This document shows positions 1 to 15,004 of a stretch of 64,000 nt of DNA, one piece after another; position 1 is the first letter of the stretch; the number at the start of each line of letters is the position of its first letter. The notes beneath the pieces were generated by a model. That model saw only the letters and a program-made list of their open reading frames with translations, made no database searches and was not told where the DNA came from. The DNA is taken from contig CAVNZM010000009.1 in the NCBI GenBank assembly GCA_963693365.1, forward strand, positions 7,855,408-7,919,407. The letters run 5' to 3'. Made by a program: the position numbers and the translations under genes. The stretch is from Amoebidium appalachense (taxonomy: Eukaryota > Protista > Ichthyosporea).

Positions 1-80
1 TTTTCTTTTTTTTTGCCGAGCCCATTACATAACAACGCATAATCGCCTACAAAGATCATGGGATGCCGCACCGGGGCGAA

Positions 81-121
<41 letters not shown>

Positions 122-279
122 AGACATACACACAGCCCAATTCGAAGAGCTCATTTGCAATGTTCCAACTCATCGCTACTGTCTAGTCCGTTTACTTTTG
201 TTCACTTGTCCATTTTCCCGGGGCACTTTTTTTTTTTGAGGTGTGGGGTGGTGGTGGTGGTGGTGGGGAGGAGGAGGGG

Positions 280-324
<45 letters not shown>

Positions 325-327
325 TAC

Positions 328-510
328 GGCATTAGGTCTCTGTTGGTTGCGGCGTACTGCAGCAGGCGGGTGCTGTGGGCTCTGAGGGCATATGTGGGGG
401 CCTCGCTGGCTGCAAGCGCCCACCCAACATCGTCCGTGGCCGTCTTGCTGATGCACAAAAGTTCAAAAAGCCCAGCCTCCAGCCCAGAAACAATGGAACT
501 GAGCTCCTGC
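328..510 (-). CDS. Single 183-nt phase-2/phase-2 exon paralogous to exon 49101-49283; gene or gene fragment continuing off the left edge
   Basis: CAG acceptor (511-513) and GTAAGT donor (327). It reads QELSSIVSGLEAGLFELLCISKTATDDVGWALAASEAPTYALRAHSTRLLQYAATNRDLM. It is 176/183 nt identical to 49101-49283. No upstream exons were found. Confidence 0.6.
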
Positions 511-792
511 CTGCATGGGGGGGAGAGGGGGGGGGGGGGGGTAGATTAGATGAGGAAAAATGGGAAGGGGATGGGGCAGGGTGGAGGGTAGAGAGAGGGG
601 ATGGGGGGAGAGGGGGGGGGGAACAGGGTTTCGTCCGCCTCGTTCGGATTGCATTGTGGGCAGACAGGGCATTTCAAGGAGGAAGGGCAGGAAAACGGAC
701 CAAAGCCAAAAAAAATCCCAATCACATATGCTCTTTACCTAAAAGTGCAAACATCTCACACAAATAGATGCATATGCACACACACTCTCACA

Positions 793-827
<35 letters not shown>

Positions 828-1093
828 AAAGGAAGAGGGAAAACTTAGGCACTAACACAATTGCACAAGAGGCCCTCAGTAAACGTTCCCCCTCGCATAT
901 CCCTCCCCCCCCCCCCCCCCCCCCCCCCCCCCACCCCCCAAACCACGACAACCACCATCCCTTCCCGTTCCTTTCGAACACTTGCAGCTCCTCTTTTTCA
1001 GTCTCTGCCCCACACTTCTCTCTCTCTCTCCCTCCCTCCCTCCCTCCCTCCCTCCCTCTCCCTCTCCCTCTCCCTCTCCCTCTCCCTCTCCCT

Positions 1094-1165
<72 letters not shown>

Positions 1166-1313
1166 CCCCTCCCTCCCTCCTCCCCCTCCTCCCCCCCCCC
1201 CCCTCCTCCCGTCCCCCCCCCCCCCCACCCTTCCGCCCACTCCTTCCCCCCATTCTATTTTCTTTTTTCCTCTCGTCCTGCCCACTGACGGTGCCCCCCC
1301 CCCCCTCCCCCAG

Positions 1314-3657
<2,344 letters not shown>

Positions 3658-4645
3658 CACACGGCCAGGGGCAGGGGCCAAGGCCGGCAGTGGGCTGATT
3701 GTTCCTGGTGGGGCTGCAAGATGTTCAGAAATCCAAGGACACGACCTTGAAGGGAGTCAGTAATGCGCTCAAATCTGCAGTGTTGTGCCGGAAGAAATGA
3801 TTGACTTTGCCTGTATCTCGAGATCTCCTTTCTCAGGTGTTGCCATTTACCGTTTCCGAAGTTGAAAGGGCATTCTGGGGAAATGCCTACTACGACGTTA
3901 ATTCTTTGGCGTCATATCTAGTTTGCGAAAATCAACGACGCAACAGAAATCTTTGACCACACATCTGGTGTTCGAAAAAGGATGCATATCATCTTTTCCG
4001 CCCAAATCAGGAGATGGGCGGCAGAGTCTAACTAATTCTCCAGATTCCAAGCTGGCTACATTCGGATCCATTTCCCAAAACAGCTACCATACATCTGCAC
4101 TATTTGCCGATTGCCCTCTTGGAGCGCCTGATAAATTCAAATGTGTTGTGAGTATGGACTGGATCGCGACAATTGGACCCAAATCTAGTGTCTTTTTTAA
4201 GGGTTTGCTGTACTACTACGGTGTTCTCTAGTGTAATGCGGTAACAGTTGTGAAGTAGTAATTTAAAACTTGCTGTAAAACATGTAAGTAATTTGTATGT
4301 AAAGCACAATGTCATGCAATAGTCAAAGCAAAACCAATTGCTGAAGAGAGTTAAAAAAAAAAAAAAAAAAGCACGTATGTTTGGTTAAAATAAATCTGCC
4401 TGCCTGCCATTTGTTCCTAGATTTGGGGGGGGTGGGTGGGGGAGAGGGGGAAGGGGGGGGGGGGGGGGAGGTACTTGCCGGTACCAATGGGTGCTTTGTT
4501 TAATACAGCATAAAAACTCAGGCTTTGTAAGCTGCTTACATGTATCAAAAGTCCTTGTCTTATTTGAAATAAAATTTAAATTCACCAATAACTATCAAGA
4601 GTTACTTGTTGATCCCACCTGAAATCCCTCCCCCTCCCCTCCGAG

Positions 4646-4680
<35 letters not shown>

Positions 4681-4877
4681 CATGAGAGTAGAGAGACATC
4701 AGAAAAGAATTTAACTTGGTGCAGTGCAAGTTACCATGCACTGAGTTCAACACTATTGCAATTATTGTGTTTGAAACCGCCGTCGCAATAAACCGACTTC
4801 AATGATTCCGTGGCTCCATACGTCTCTATGTCTCACTCTCTCTCTCCCTCAGAGAGCTCTCCCTCCCTCCCCCCCCC

Positions 4878-5297
<420 letters not shown>

Positions 5298-5357
5298 CAA
5301 TCCCTCAAAATCCCTTCTTGTTTCCCTATATATATATTTATATATATATTTATGAGC

Positions 5358-5497
5358 GCGCCCGTGGCTTAGTGGTCCTACGACGTTGTGGTCCTTGCGT
5401 GTGCTAGTTCGATCCTGGCCCTCCCCATAAGACGTGACGTCACGAACTGCACTGGCCTCTCTGACGTCATCTCGATAGTGCGCTACGCTGGTTTTTC
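5358..5497 (+). mobile_element. tRNA-derived Pol III promoter head (SINE-like element or tRNA pseudogene)
   Basis: A box TGGCTTAGTGG at 5365-5375 and B box GTTCGATCC at 5407-5415 inside a pairing T-arm (GCTAG/CTGGC). The acceptor stem and anticodon arm do not pair. A T5 run lies at 5493-5497. Confidence 0.55.
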
Positions 5498-7311
5498 ATC
5501 CGACCCATCCGGTGGATCGAGCAGTCGTAGTTCCGGGCCGATCTGCGATGGCCTCTCCGGGCACGGTCTTCCTCCGGCCTGGCCCACGGGCCACGGTGTC
5601 AAGTCAAGGTGTCATAAACGTTAACAAGGGGTCCCCGGCAAAACAGGCAGTTGATTCCCGCCGCAGCACTAATCATTGGGGCCCATGCGATTGCAAATTT
5701 GACCAAGATCTAGGCATCATCTCCTTCGGCCCCCCCTGGTCAGGGTGCTTGGCCGATCTCCTCGCAAAAATCATTCGATCATCCTCTACGATACGGCGTG
5801 TAATGGGTGCGCCTTCAGCGCGCAGGTCTCGGGGGGGGGGGGGGCTGGCGTCGGGCCGTGGGGGGCGCGCCTGCGGCACGCCGTGGAGAGCCGGAAACAG
5901 GTCGGGGTCAGCGGTGGGGCCGACCCGAGGTTGCTAGGATGTGAGTGACCGGATCTGCGCCGTCAACGTTAACTGCTATTGATACCTAGTGATTGGAAGA
6001 GTTTGCATCTAAATTGGGTTTCTGGTGAAGTTGCTAAGGTTGGGCCAATAGCCTGTAGCCATTAGCTCTCAAGTTACATGCCGTGGCATGGTTTGTGATG
6101 CCCCCTGGATAGTCAGTACCGTCTGTTATGGCGTGACCAGGGTCCGATCGGCAGAGCAGAGTAGGGAGTTGGACGTCGACATGCATATGCCATAGTACCG
6201 CGGCGATCACATTCTGTACATCCGACTTCATGATAGACTTCGGGGCGGTTGTCGCGCAATGGGCTTGAAGCCAAGCGCTAAACCAATAAAATAAAAATAA
6301 AATAAATTCCTTATGATTTGATATGCATACCACGTACCGTTTGCGGCACGCACATCAGCACACGAACGTGCCACACGTGAGCGCAGGCCGCTCAGTGAGG
6401 GGCAAAAAGGCACTGATTATTCCCGTGGTTAGGGCCTCAAGGATCTTATGCACGGACTGCGATCCAAGGCAGGAGGCCAGTTGGCAGTTGCGCAGATCCG
6501 AATGTGCGGGAAGGTCGACATAGGGACACACTGCAGGGGCCTTACATGATGAAGTGACAACAGCAGCCACTTGAAAAATGTAAAATAACAGGTAAGACTT
6601 GATAGAAATATTTTTAAATATAGTTTTTTTGCATACTGAAACGTTTCCATATCGAAGTTCAATATTATAGTACATGTATGCAAAGAAGAACCAACTATAT
6701 TCCAAAATGTAGATCAGGTTTGGTCAATTTGATTTACATCCATCGAGGGTGTTTAAGATTGCACCAATCAGATGATTCCGTAATATTCCCTTTCTGGTTC
6801 AAGCTCCCGGGCGTACACGTTGAAATATGCTACACCTATTTCTTTATCTGATATGTTGACAATCAACTAGAAATTTATTAATTCCCCATATAAGCGAAAA
6901 TAAATATAATCCTGCATATGCCATATGCGTAGCTGCTTATTCCCGTCTTCAGAGACGATTCACTGTCGGCCGGGCTATTCAATTTATTCAAGGGGTCAAC
7001 CAATGAGTGGCCTGGTGGTGAGGCTGGGCCCCTGACGATGTCCGCAGCAATCATTGTACATGTGAAAGTGCGGGTGTGCACTGAGCTGCTGCCGGTCTGA
7101 GCAAATTACCGTAGTCACTCCTAGGGTAATGTGCCCATATGATATTGTATGCTTACTGTATTAAAAAGTGGTAGATTTTGCAAAATTTCACCATATATTT
7201 TGATCAGCTACATGAACCAAATATCACACAAGCACGGGAAGTTCACATGCACAAATTCGATATCTACACAGCATCTTGGGAATCTTGAACCTAGTGCAAC
7301 GGTCATTTCCT

Positions 7312-7395
7312 ATTGGTTATGACTTATAATAGTGCATTTTTATGCGGCTTCAAAGGAGTATAAAAGCTCCACAAATACCGTGAAACCAGTCAGTT
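7312..7395 (+). promoter_or_regulatory. Core promoter of the lectin gene: reverse CCAAT box, TATA box and initiator-like TCAGTT
   Basis: ATTGG at 7312-7316, TATAAAA at 7359-7365, TCAGTT at 7390-7395 (31 nt after TATA), ATG at 7453. Confidence 0.6.
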
Positions 7396-7452
7396 CAGCC
7401 TTCAACTCTTTCAACTTAAGTTACCTAGTTTACGAAAAAAGACACACACAAA

Positions 7453-8697
7453 ATGACTTCTGCCGGAACTATTTTCGCTCTGTTGGCCCTTGCGGCGGCT
7501 ACCCACGCCGCCCCCGCCGCGCCAGCAGCAGCGGCACCGGCCGAACCCAAAAACCTCAAAGTTGTTATGCTCCCTGTCGGAGCCAAAAATAGCCAAGGAG
7601 GGTTTGATTCCTACCGTGTTTCTGCTACTTGGGATGCTGTTGCCAATGCTACGGGGTATTCTTTCTGCTACACCATGAGCGGGGAAGGTGAGGTTAAATG
7701 CATCAGCACCACCAGCCCTAGCTACAACAACGGAGACACGACGTCGTTTGTGAGTGTGGTTTCGGGCAAAGTTGCGGCCACGCTTCCCGGAGGGAAAATG
7801 TCCTCGTACGCGCAGGGGAAGGTTGCCACCGACCCAAAGCAGAAGGATGTGTGCACAGCTGCCAACCAATCCACCACTAGGATCGACGAGACGATTACAA
7901 TCTCCTCAAAGGACAAACAGCTTTCTCTCTCCGGCAAGCAGACTGGAAACTACAACATGACCGTTTCGTGGAAGTTGGGCAACGAAACCGCTGGCGCAAA
8001 AGTGGTAACAGGGTTTGAGGTGTGTGCCCGTCGGTTCGATTTCGATGCCAAGAGGAGCAACCCCACCCCTTTCGTCACACAGAGCCCTATTCACTTCTGC
8101 TACCCGGCGGCGGCTTCGGCACGCACACTCACCGTGAGTGTTCCCGTCAAAGCAATGACCGTGTATATGGACGCAACAGTGCGTGCAATCAGCCCCGAAT
8201 GTGTCGGGAAGACCTTCTACTATGGGGATGAATTGATCTTCCCCACCGTGCAACTCATGCAAATCGCCACAACCAAGACCACCATGTGTCTCCTTGCAAC
8301 CAAAACTAACCCTTTCACTGCATCCGCTTCGTCATGTGCCGATAAGAAGGGTCTCCGTCTTCAACCTGCCAACGACATTCAACAGAAACTCGACCCCGTT
8401 ACCGGAAGCCTGAAAACAGTTTCGAATTTCACCCTCCCGCTTACGGGTGCTAGCGCCGGGCAGTGCTTGGCGGCTGACAAGGGTAGCCTTGTGCTTCAAA
8501 AATGCAGTGGCGCAGCGTCGCAGACTTGGGATGCGGTTTATGAGCAGAATCACAAGACCGTGGTCAAGCGTGCGCTGGTGAACAAGACGTCAGGGCTCTG
8601 CCTTGAGGCAGGAAAGAGCAACACGTGGTCACTGCAGACGTGCAAGGATGAATATGTGCCCCAGCAGGTGGCTGTGATCCGCGCATTCCCGAATTAA
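7453..8697 (+). CDS. Intronless secreted protein (414 aa): signal peptide, two fibronectin type III-like segments, C-terminal ricin-B (beta-trefoil) lectin domain
   Basis: Uninterrupted high-complexity ORF with a hydrophobic N-terminus (IFALLALAAATHA). FN3-like patterns: VSATWDAVANATGYSFCY and MTVSWK...VVTGFEVC...TVYMDATVRAIS. Ricin-type patterns: GQCLAADKGSLVLQKCSGAASQTW (QxW) and LVNKTSGLCLEA. Confidence 0.85.
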   Translation: MTSAGTIFALLALAAATHAAPAAPAAAAPAEPKNLKVVMLPVGAKNSQGGFDSYRVSATWDAVANATGYSFCYTMSGEGEVKCISTTSPSYNNGDTTSFVSVVSGKVAATLPGGKMSSYAQGKVATDPKQKDVCTAANQSTTRIDETITISSKDKQLSLSGKQTGNYNMTVSWKLGNETAGAKVVTGFEVCARRFDFDAKRSNPTPFVTQSPIHFCYPAAASARTLTVSVPVKAMTVYMDATVRAISPECVGKTFYYGDELIFPTVQLMQIATTKTTMCLLATKTNPFTASASSCADKKGLRLQPANDIQQKLDPVTGSLKTVSNFTLPLTGASAGQCLAADKGSLVLQKCSGAASQTWDAVYEQNHKTVVKRALVNKTSGLCLEAGKSNTWSLQTCKDEYVPQQVAVIRAFPN

Positions 8698-9826
8698 ATT
8701 TTCGAGCTACTTTTTAAAGTGTTGTAAGTTGGTTTGATTCGCTCAGTAATTTTTTCATTTGTTTGGCCTGATCGGTGAGACTCTATTAGCAGTGCCATAT
8801 ATAGGACATGTTTTACAAACTTTGCAGCCTTGACACGCAAATGTGCAATAACGACGCCCGCATGGTAAGCCTTAGGGTGCTCCTTACATCATAGTAATGT
8901 CAACTGACTATCAATAAGTGAATAATCGTTTTACTAAGTTCGTTAGAGAGAGATTTGAAATAACCGTTCCGGATGAAGGGTTGATAAGTCTAGAACGGCC
9001 TCAATGAGGCTCAGATGATAAAACCGTTGGTGGTAACTTGGTGAAACGTGATCATAAATTATAATTAATTATCATACATCTGTTGGGGGAAAGCACTGAA
9101 GTTCATCTTGCGGATTCCGAAGCCGGATCTTTACATGCATTGCCAATAATGGACGGGTGTGTGTGTGTGTATGTGTGCACGTGAACTCGTAGTCGCTATA
9201 CTTTCGTGTGCGGGTGCGCGCGCCACGCATGCCTACAGTGCGCATTAACGTGCACATGTGTACATGAAAGAGCCTAGCTCACAGTCACTTGCATTCAGGC
9301 ATCCACCTCAGCATGCACAGACCTCTCGATATACGGCTCCCAAGGTCAGGAGCCCCCCCCCCCCCCCCCCCCCCCCCCGATTTATGTATACGTCATCCCC
9401 GGCCCAGCCAGAACAACTGTTTTGCGGCCAATCATTGATTTTGTATACAATGTAGCAGACCCAGGTTATCACCCCTTGGGCTGGAATGATGGAAAGCCAT
9501 TTAGCCCCCCTCCCCCCTGCCCTCCAAAAAAAAAGAAGAAGAAAGAACGAAAGAAAAGGAACAACGAAAGTAACAAAAAGCTGGGGTGCACCGGGACATG
9601 AACATAGCCTTGTATTAGATTAACACCATCGGATGTAGAAGCCCCACCCCCCTTCCCCCCCTCCGCCCTTAATCCCCCCCCTCCCCCCCTCCCCCCTTTG
9701 GAATGCATTTATGGGGTATGGGAGGAGGAGGAGGGAGAAGGGGGGGGAGGGGGGGAGGGGGGGGGCTGGACGAGCTTTGCTCACGTGATGAGTCAAGTTG
9801 TGTGTGTGAGTGTGTGTGTGTACATA

Positions 9827-9858
<32 letters not shown>

Positions 9859-9907
9859 CATGCGCATGTGTGTGTGTGTGTGTGAGCGCGTGCGTGTGTG
9901 CCAGTGT

Positions 9908-9952
<45 letters not shown>

Positions 9953-9954
9953 GA

Positions 9955-10078
<124 letters not shown>

Positions 10079-12450
10079 ACGCACGTGCGAGCGTGCGTTC
10101 GTGTGTGTTAACGTGTGTGCGCCCGTGACACAATCTGGATGCAAGCCTTGTGTGTGCCTGTGCTTGTACGTGTGTACAAAAGTTTTCTATCTATAGATAA
10201 TTAGATGCAACTAATTAACTTCCTTGCGTATGACCTGCTCGCGTGTTTAGGCCCATTAATGGTTTGCACTGTGAACGATATAGATGTAGGGGGGGGGGTG
10301 TTTCCGCGGTTAGTTCATTTTATGTAGTTTAGAAATGCACCTCAGATCTATCATTAAACAAGGTGCTCACATACGTCGACCTCGGTTGGGCTAGTCTACG
10401 TGGCTGGTGGAATGATTTGCCTGTGCATGCACACATCTAACATCTGACCAAATAGTAAAAACTCAAAAAAAAATTGTGGAATTGCGGGTCAATCAAATGG
10501 CTCTGTTTATTTAAAGTGGAATTTAGGATCCAATTGGCTCATTAGATTTCATTTTATCCGATTCCCGGCCCGGTCTGGATCTAGGCGTTACCATCTTTTG
10601 GCATAATGCGAATGCACCCTGCACTGATAGTTACTAATAATGTGCATGCGGGATGAATTTGCACTTCGTAACGAGTGCGCTGACTCCCCCTCCTCCCCCT
10701 CTTCCCCCCCCCTTCCCCCCCCCCCCCCCTCCCCCTCTCCCCGCCCCGCCCCTCTCTCTCTTCTCCCTCCATCCTCTCCCCCACTTTTCCCCTCCGCCCC
10801 TTCCCCCTCTCTCATCCTCCCTTTTCTCTCCTCCTCTCCTACCCCTTCGAATTCGAGAGCGTTGCTGAGGAAACAAGACACTTACGTGAAATTAAGTATG
10901 GCTGGTGATCGAACCCCCCCCCCCCCCCCCCCCCCCCCCCGTGCCCCCCCATGACACACAACAAGATTGCAGAAAGAACACATTGTGTGCGTGATTGGAA
11001 TATCGGGCCAAATCAAACACAGTCTTTCGGCTTAATGACAAAAACCTAATCCGCAGGCCCTGTTGATTGGCCCAATTAGGTTTGCGACCTCAAGATCCAC
11101 TGCAGCGGCCAATCAGTAATGCCGATCGCACTTAGATCTAGACCCGCACACGCCGGCCAATCCCTAACAGCGAGGGTTTGGTTGGACCAATCAATAACCG
11201 CAAAGGATGCCCCGCCCTCAAGGGCCCAACCGCTTGCAGTAGTTAAAATGCCCCGTGTACTATGTTGTCGGCACCTGGTTTGTGTGAGTTCACCCCCCCT
11301 CCCCCCCCCTCCCCCCCCCCCACCACCACCTCCCACACTCCCTCCCATCCTCCCCCCTCCCCCCCGCCCCCTCCCTTCGGGGGTCCTGTCCCCTGCGCAT
11401 CTGACCAGTCGCCATAGGGCTTGCACTCATCTCTCACCACCTGCCCCTTAGTAGATGAAGCTGGTTTAATGAGAACGAACAAAGTGTTGATAGTCTAAGG
11501 AACGATACATCATTGGCAAGCACTGTGACACACAGAATGATATCCTCAAAGGTTTTGCCAAAACGTGTTCTGATTGGATGCAAATCATGCAGCTGGCTGT
11601 GTGACGCCGCCAAGAACTGCCTGCCAGCCGACGCTGTCACCTCTGCAATAGTGAAGGAAATCAATAGCTTGAAACCGCACCAGCACCTAGCCAATCAACG
11701 GTGGTCTTGCCTGCCCAAACACTGCCACAAAACAATGTTATAGTTTTTTGTCTTATAAACGTTTTAAGCCGTAGTAATGCCTACCAAAAGGGGTGACTGA
11801 CATTAAGATGATAAGGGAGTCTTAAAAAAAATAGGATCTATTCAATCAGTGCTCAATTTGGAGGGGACCATAGGCCTCATGTTGTAGTAATTATATACCG
11901 TAGGGGTGGGGATGGGGGGGGGGGGGGGGGGGGGGGGGGGCATAAAAATCTACAAGGGTTGGTAGGGTCAACAATAATCTTAATTTTCGAAATAAACAGC
12001 AGCGCTATCATGATTTCACGATATCTTAGGTTCAGTCATCCTCTGCATTGTCAACAGCTGCTTGTGGCTTGGCACGTATATCGTATGGCTAGGTAACAAC
12101 TCTACGAGCATATTGTTTGCATCAAGGAATAAATGCTTGTAGTACATAGTCAAAAGATGCCGAACGGTATTTATTTATGACCGTGATCGATATCTGATTC
12201 ATTGAGAAAGGAATGCACGATTAATTCAAAGGGCGTCATAGTGATCATATGGCTTCTGGGGGGCTGTAATTAGGGGCACCCGAAGATGGTGGTATATCAT
12301 ATGAACACGACAGCAGTAGAAAATTATGATCTTTTCTTAACGCTCCCCCCTCCCCCCCCCCCCCTCCCAAAAAAAAAAAGAGAGAGAGAACCCAAAAAAC
12401 GAAAGATTGTAACCCCCCTCCCCCCCCCCCCCCCCCCAAAAAAAAAAAAA

Positions 12451-12481
<31 letters not shown>

Positions 12482-12960
12482 GAACCAAAGAAACGAGAGT
12501 TTGTAACCCCCCCCCCCCCCCCCCCGGGCCCCCTCCCCACCCCCCTTCCCTTCACAAAAAAAACTTATGTATAATAAAAAAAGGAAAGAAAAAAGGTGGG
12601 AAAAACAATTGAAAAAAGTATTAGCTACAGTGCACTTTTTATTTGGCTAAATCTCAACCTCCTTTGATTGTCTCTTGCTCTTGTGTGCCTCAGTGTACGT
12701 GTTCTGGACGTAGTTTAAAAATAGCAGTGATTATCGCCCCGTTTACAAATATGTTGTGTGGGTGCGCCGTGATTCCAATCCACGTGTATGTCAAGAATCA
12801 AGCACAGACAAACATTAAAGGGAGCTGGAAGAACAGGTGCCCACACACACATTTGCCAACACTGTGATGCATGCACAGAGAAAAAGCACACACGGGCACA
12901 CACATACAGATATACACACGCACACACGCACTGTGACACGCACGCGCACACACGCGCGCG

Positions 12961-13034
<74 letters not shown>

Positions 13035-13560
13035 CGCACACACACACATGGACATGTACACACGAACACAAAAGCGACAGCGCGCTTGCAGATGTGCACC
13101 ACTGAGTAAACCGTACGAATTCTATCTCAATTTTTTTTGGCAGACCTGGGTTAATATGACGAAATGACTGTATGGAAAAATAAAACACAGGCACACACAC
13201 GCACGCTTATGCATACATATCTGATGCTGCAAGTTGAATGAAAGGACTGCACATGAACCACCGAGATCATCGATCGCCAGACACACATTACGTCAACTGT
13301 ACTCCGCTCATTCCTGGAAAAAAATTTTATTTCAGATACCTTCACTGTACCATACATCCGTACCGCACAGCGGCAGTTACATACGTATGTGTGTGCTGCA
13401 GGCAATAGTAGTAGTAGTAGTGATCAGTACGTCAACGTTCGAAACAAACTTCGTTCGTGCATGTTCGGAAATGTCGCGTCGAAGCACTCAGGCTGGAGGG
13501 CAAGTTGTATGTCCTTGGTGCCATACGTGCTCTTGCCGATGCATGGTCGCTGCAGGCAGC

Positions 13561-13713
13561 TTACTTCTTGCCGTGCTTCTTGCCGCCCTTTGGCGAGTCG
13601 GTGGCGTCGCCCTTCTTGCCCTTCTTGGGCGACTCGGGGGCGGGGGCGGCTTCAACCTTGGCGGGGGCCTGGGCGGCGGGGGCATCGGCCTTCTTTCCGT
13701 GGTCTCTTCCCAT
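13561..13713 (-). CDS. 50-aa basic K/A/P/G-rich microprotein with SPKK/SPKG motifs (copy 1)
   Basis: MGRDHGKKADAPAAQAPAKVEAAPAPESPKKGKKGDATDSPKGGKKHGKK*. All 12 Lys are AAG. Start context ACCATGG. TATATAAA at 13791-13784 and TCAGT at 13761. It is 150/153 nt identical to copy 2. Confidence 0.85.
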   Translation of the reverse strand: MGRDHGKKADAPAAQAPAKVEAAPAPESPKKGKKGDATDSPKGGKKHGKK

Positions 13714-13760
13714 GGTTACGTCTGGTGTGCGAGTGCGACGGCTGTGTGCTGTGTGGACTG

Positions 13761-14281
13761 AGGGTATGAATGAGTGAGAGCGGTTTATATACCCTCTCGT
13801 TTTTTCCTGATTTGGTAACCACTTGTGAGGGCTGTGGCCGGAAAGCTCAGTCTGGAAACTTCCGGAAGCTGCATGGTGCGGAACGCTCATTCAAATTCCT
13901 GGCGGTGCGCTCCGAGCCAATCATGCTTGTGCGAAAAAGCTACTTGATTGGGCGGCTAATCGTCCAATAGAAAGGTCATTATTGCGGGCACAGCGATATT
14001 TGTCGCTGGATCTTTTCCGTTGAAGCATGTTGTGTGCCTTGTGATCATAACTTCTCTTATAAAGTGGTTAAATGATATATACATTGAGGGATTATAAACA
14101 CTTCAGAAAGCAAAAGACGTTCAAACCCTCACATCAAACATTTCGTACCAGCGTGATCCGCAGCAGGTGTGTCAAGTTGATGCAAATTCCTTCGGTTGAT
14201 CGAATTTCCGAAAGCGTTTTCATTGGCTATCATTTTCGAAGCTGAGGGTAAATAAACGAATCATTGGTTCAGCCAGTCAGT
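13761..14281. promoter_or_regulatory. Bidirectional promoter region between the two microprotein genes
   Basis: The motif GAGGGTA(T/A)ATAAAC occurs on both strands (13796-13783 -, 14244-14257 +). Each copy is followed ~28-30 nt after the TATA by TCAGT. Several CCAAT/ATTGG boxes lie between them (e.g. 13917, 13947, 13964, 14222). Confidence 0.6.
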
Positions 14282-14322
14282 CCACACAGCACACAGCCGT
14301 CGCACTCACACCAAACGCCACC

Positions 14323-14475
14323 ATGGGAAGAGACCACGGAAAGAAGGCCGATGCCCCCGCCGCCCAGGCCCCCGCCAAGGCTGAGGCCGCCCCCGCCCCC
14401 GAGTCGCCCAAGAAGGGCAAGAAGGGTGACGCCACCGACTCGCCAAAGGGCGGCAAGAAGCACGGCAAGAAGTAA
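14323..14475 (+). CDS. 50-aa basic K/A/P/G-rich microprotein with SPKK/SPKG motifs (copy 2)
   Basis: MGRDHGKKADAPAAQAPAKAEAAPAPESPKKGKKGDATDSPKGGKKHGKK*. Perfect Kozak GCCACCATGG and strong C/G-ending codon bias. Inverted duplicate of 13561-13713. Confidence 0.85.
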   Translation: MGRDHGKKADAPAAQAPAKAEAAPAPESPKKGKKGDATDSPKGGKKHGKK

Positions 14476-14916
14476 TTTGACGCCTGAAAGTTGCCTTGCA
14501 GATCATTTCATACCGGCCAGGCAAATACATGACATTGTGACGGCTTTGCATAAACGGCGCTACTACTACAAAAGATCTGCCTTAGCTGTGCAGCTTTTGG
14601 GTGTATTTTCCTCGTTGCAGCATCTGTACACAGCAGCACTATCTATGGATTTCTGCACAAAATACATCATAAGTGCCGCCGTGCGCCTTGGGTACAGTGT
14701 ATCCAGATAAATAAAGTATGAATTCGAACGACAGCCTTTAATTTTTTTTAACGGCGACACCTAAAAAATAGAACGTCACGTGTGGTCCCCCGTAATCATA
14801 ATCATCATAATATCATACTATGCTTCATACAAGCACACATCGATTGCATTTCCACACACACACACGGGCACGTCAACATGTCACCTACTGTGGCATGTGC
14901 GCGCAACACACGCACG

Positions 14917-15004
<88 letters not shown>

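Noticed and set aside
3700-4245. Repeat-free stretch with a plus-strand frame of ~180 codons broken by four stops (overlapping track ORF 3923-4231)
   Set aside because: No recognisable motif, start or splice support. It could be a decayed gene but is not supportable without a homology search.
5358-5430. Functional tRNA gene
   Set aside because: The acceptor, D and anticodon stems do not pair; only the promoter boxes and T-arm survive.
11040-11743. CCAAT-rich blocks with possible exon boundaries and short ORFs
   Set aside because: They could not be joined into a phase-consistent model and show no recognisable protein features.
13714-13890. 109-aa extension of microprotein copy 1 in the ORF track
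   Set aside because: It runs through the TATA/Inr region and has no counterpart in copy 2. The true start is most likely 13713.
14476-14600. Histone-type 3' stem-loop after the microprotein genes
   Set aside because: No GGCYCTTTTCAGRGCC-like hairpin was seen after either stop.
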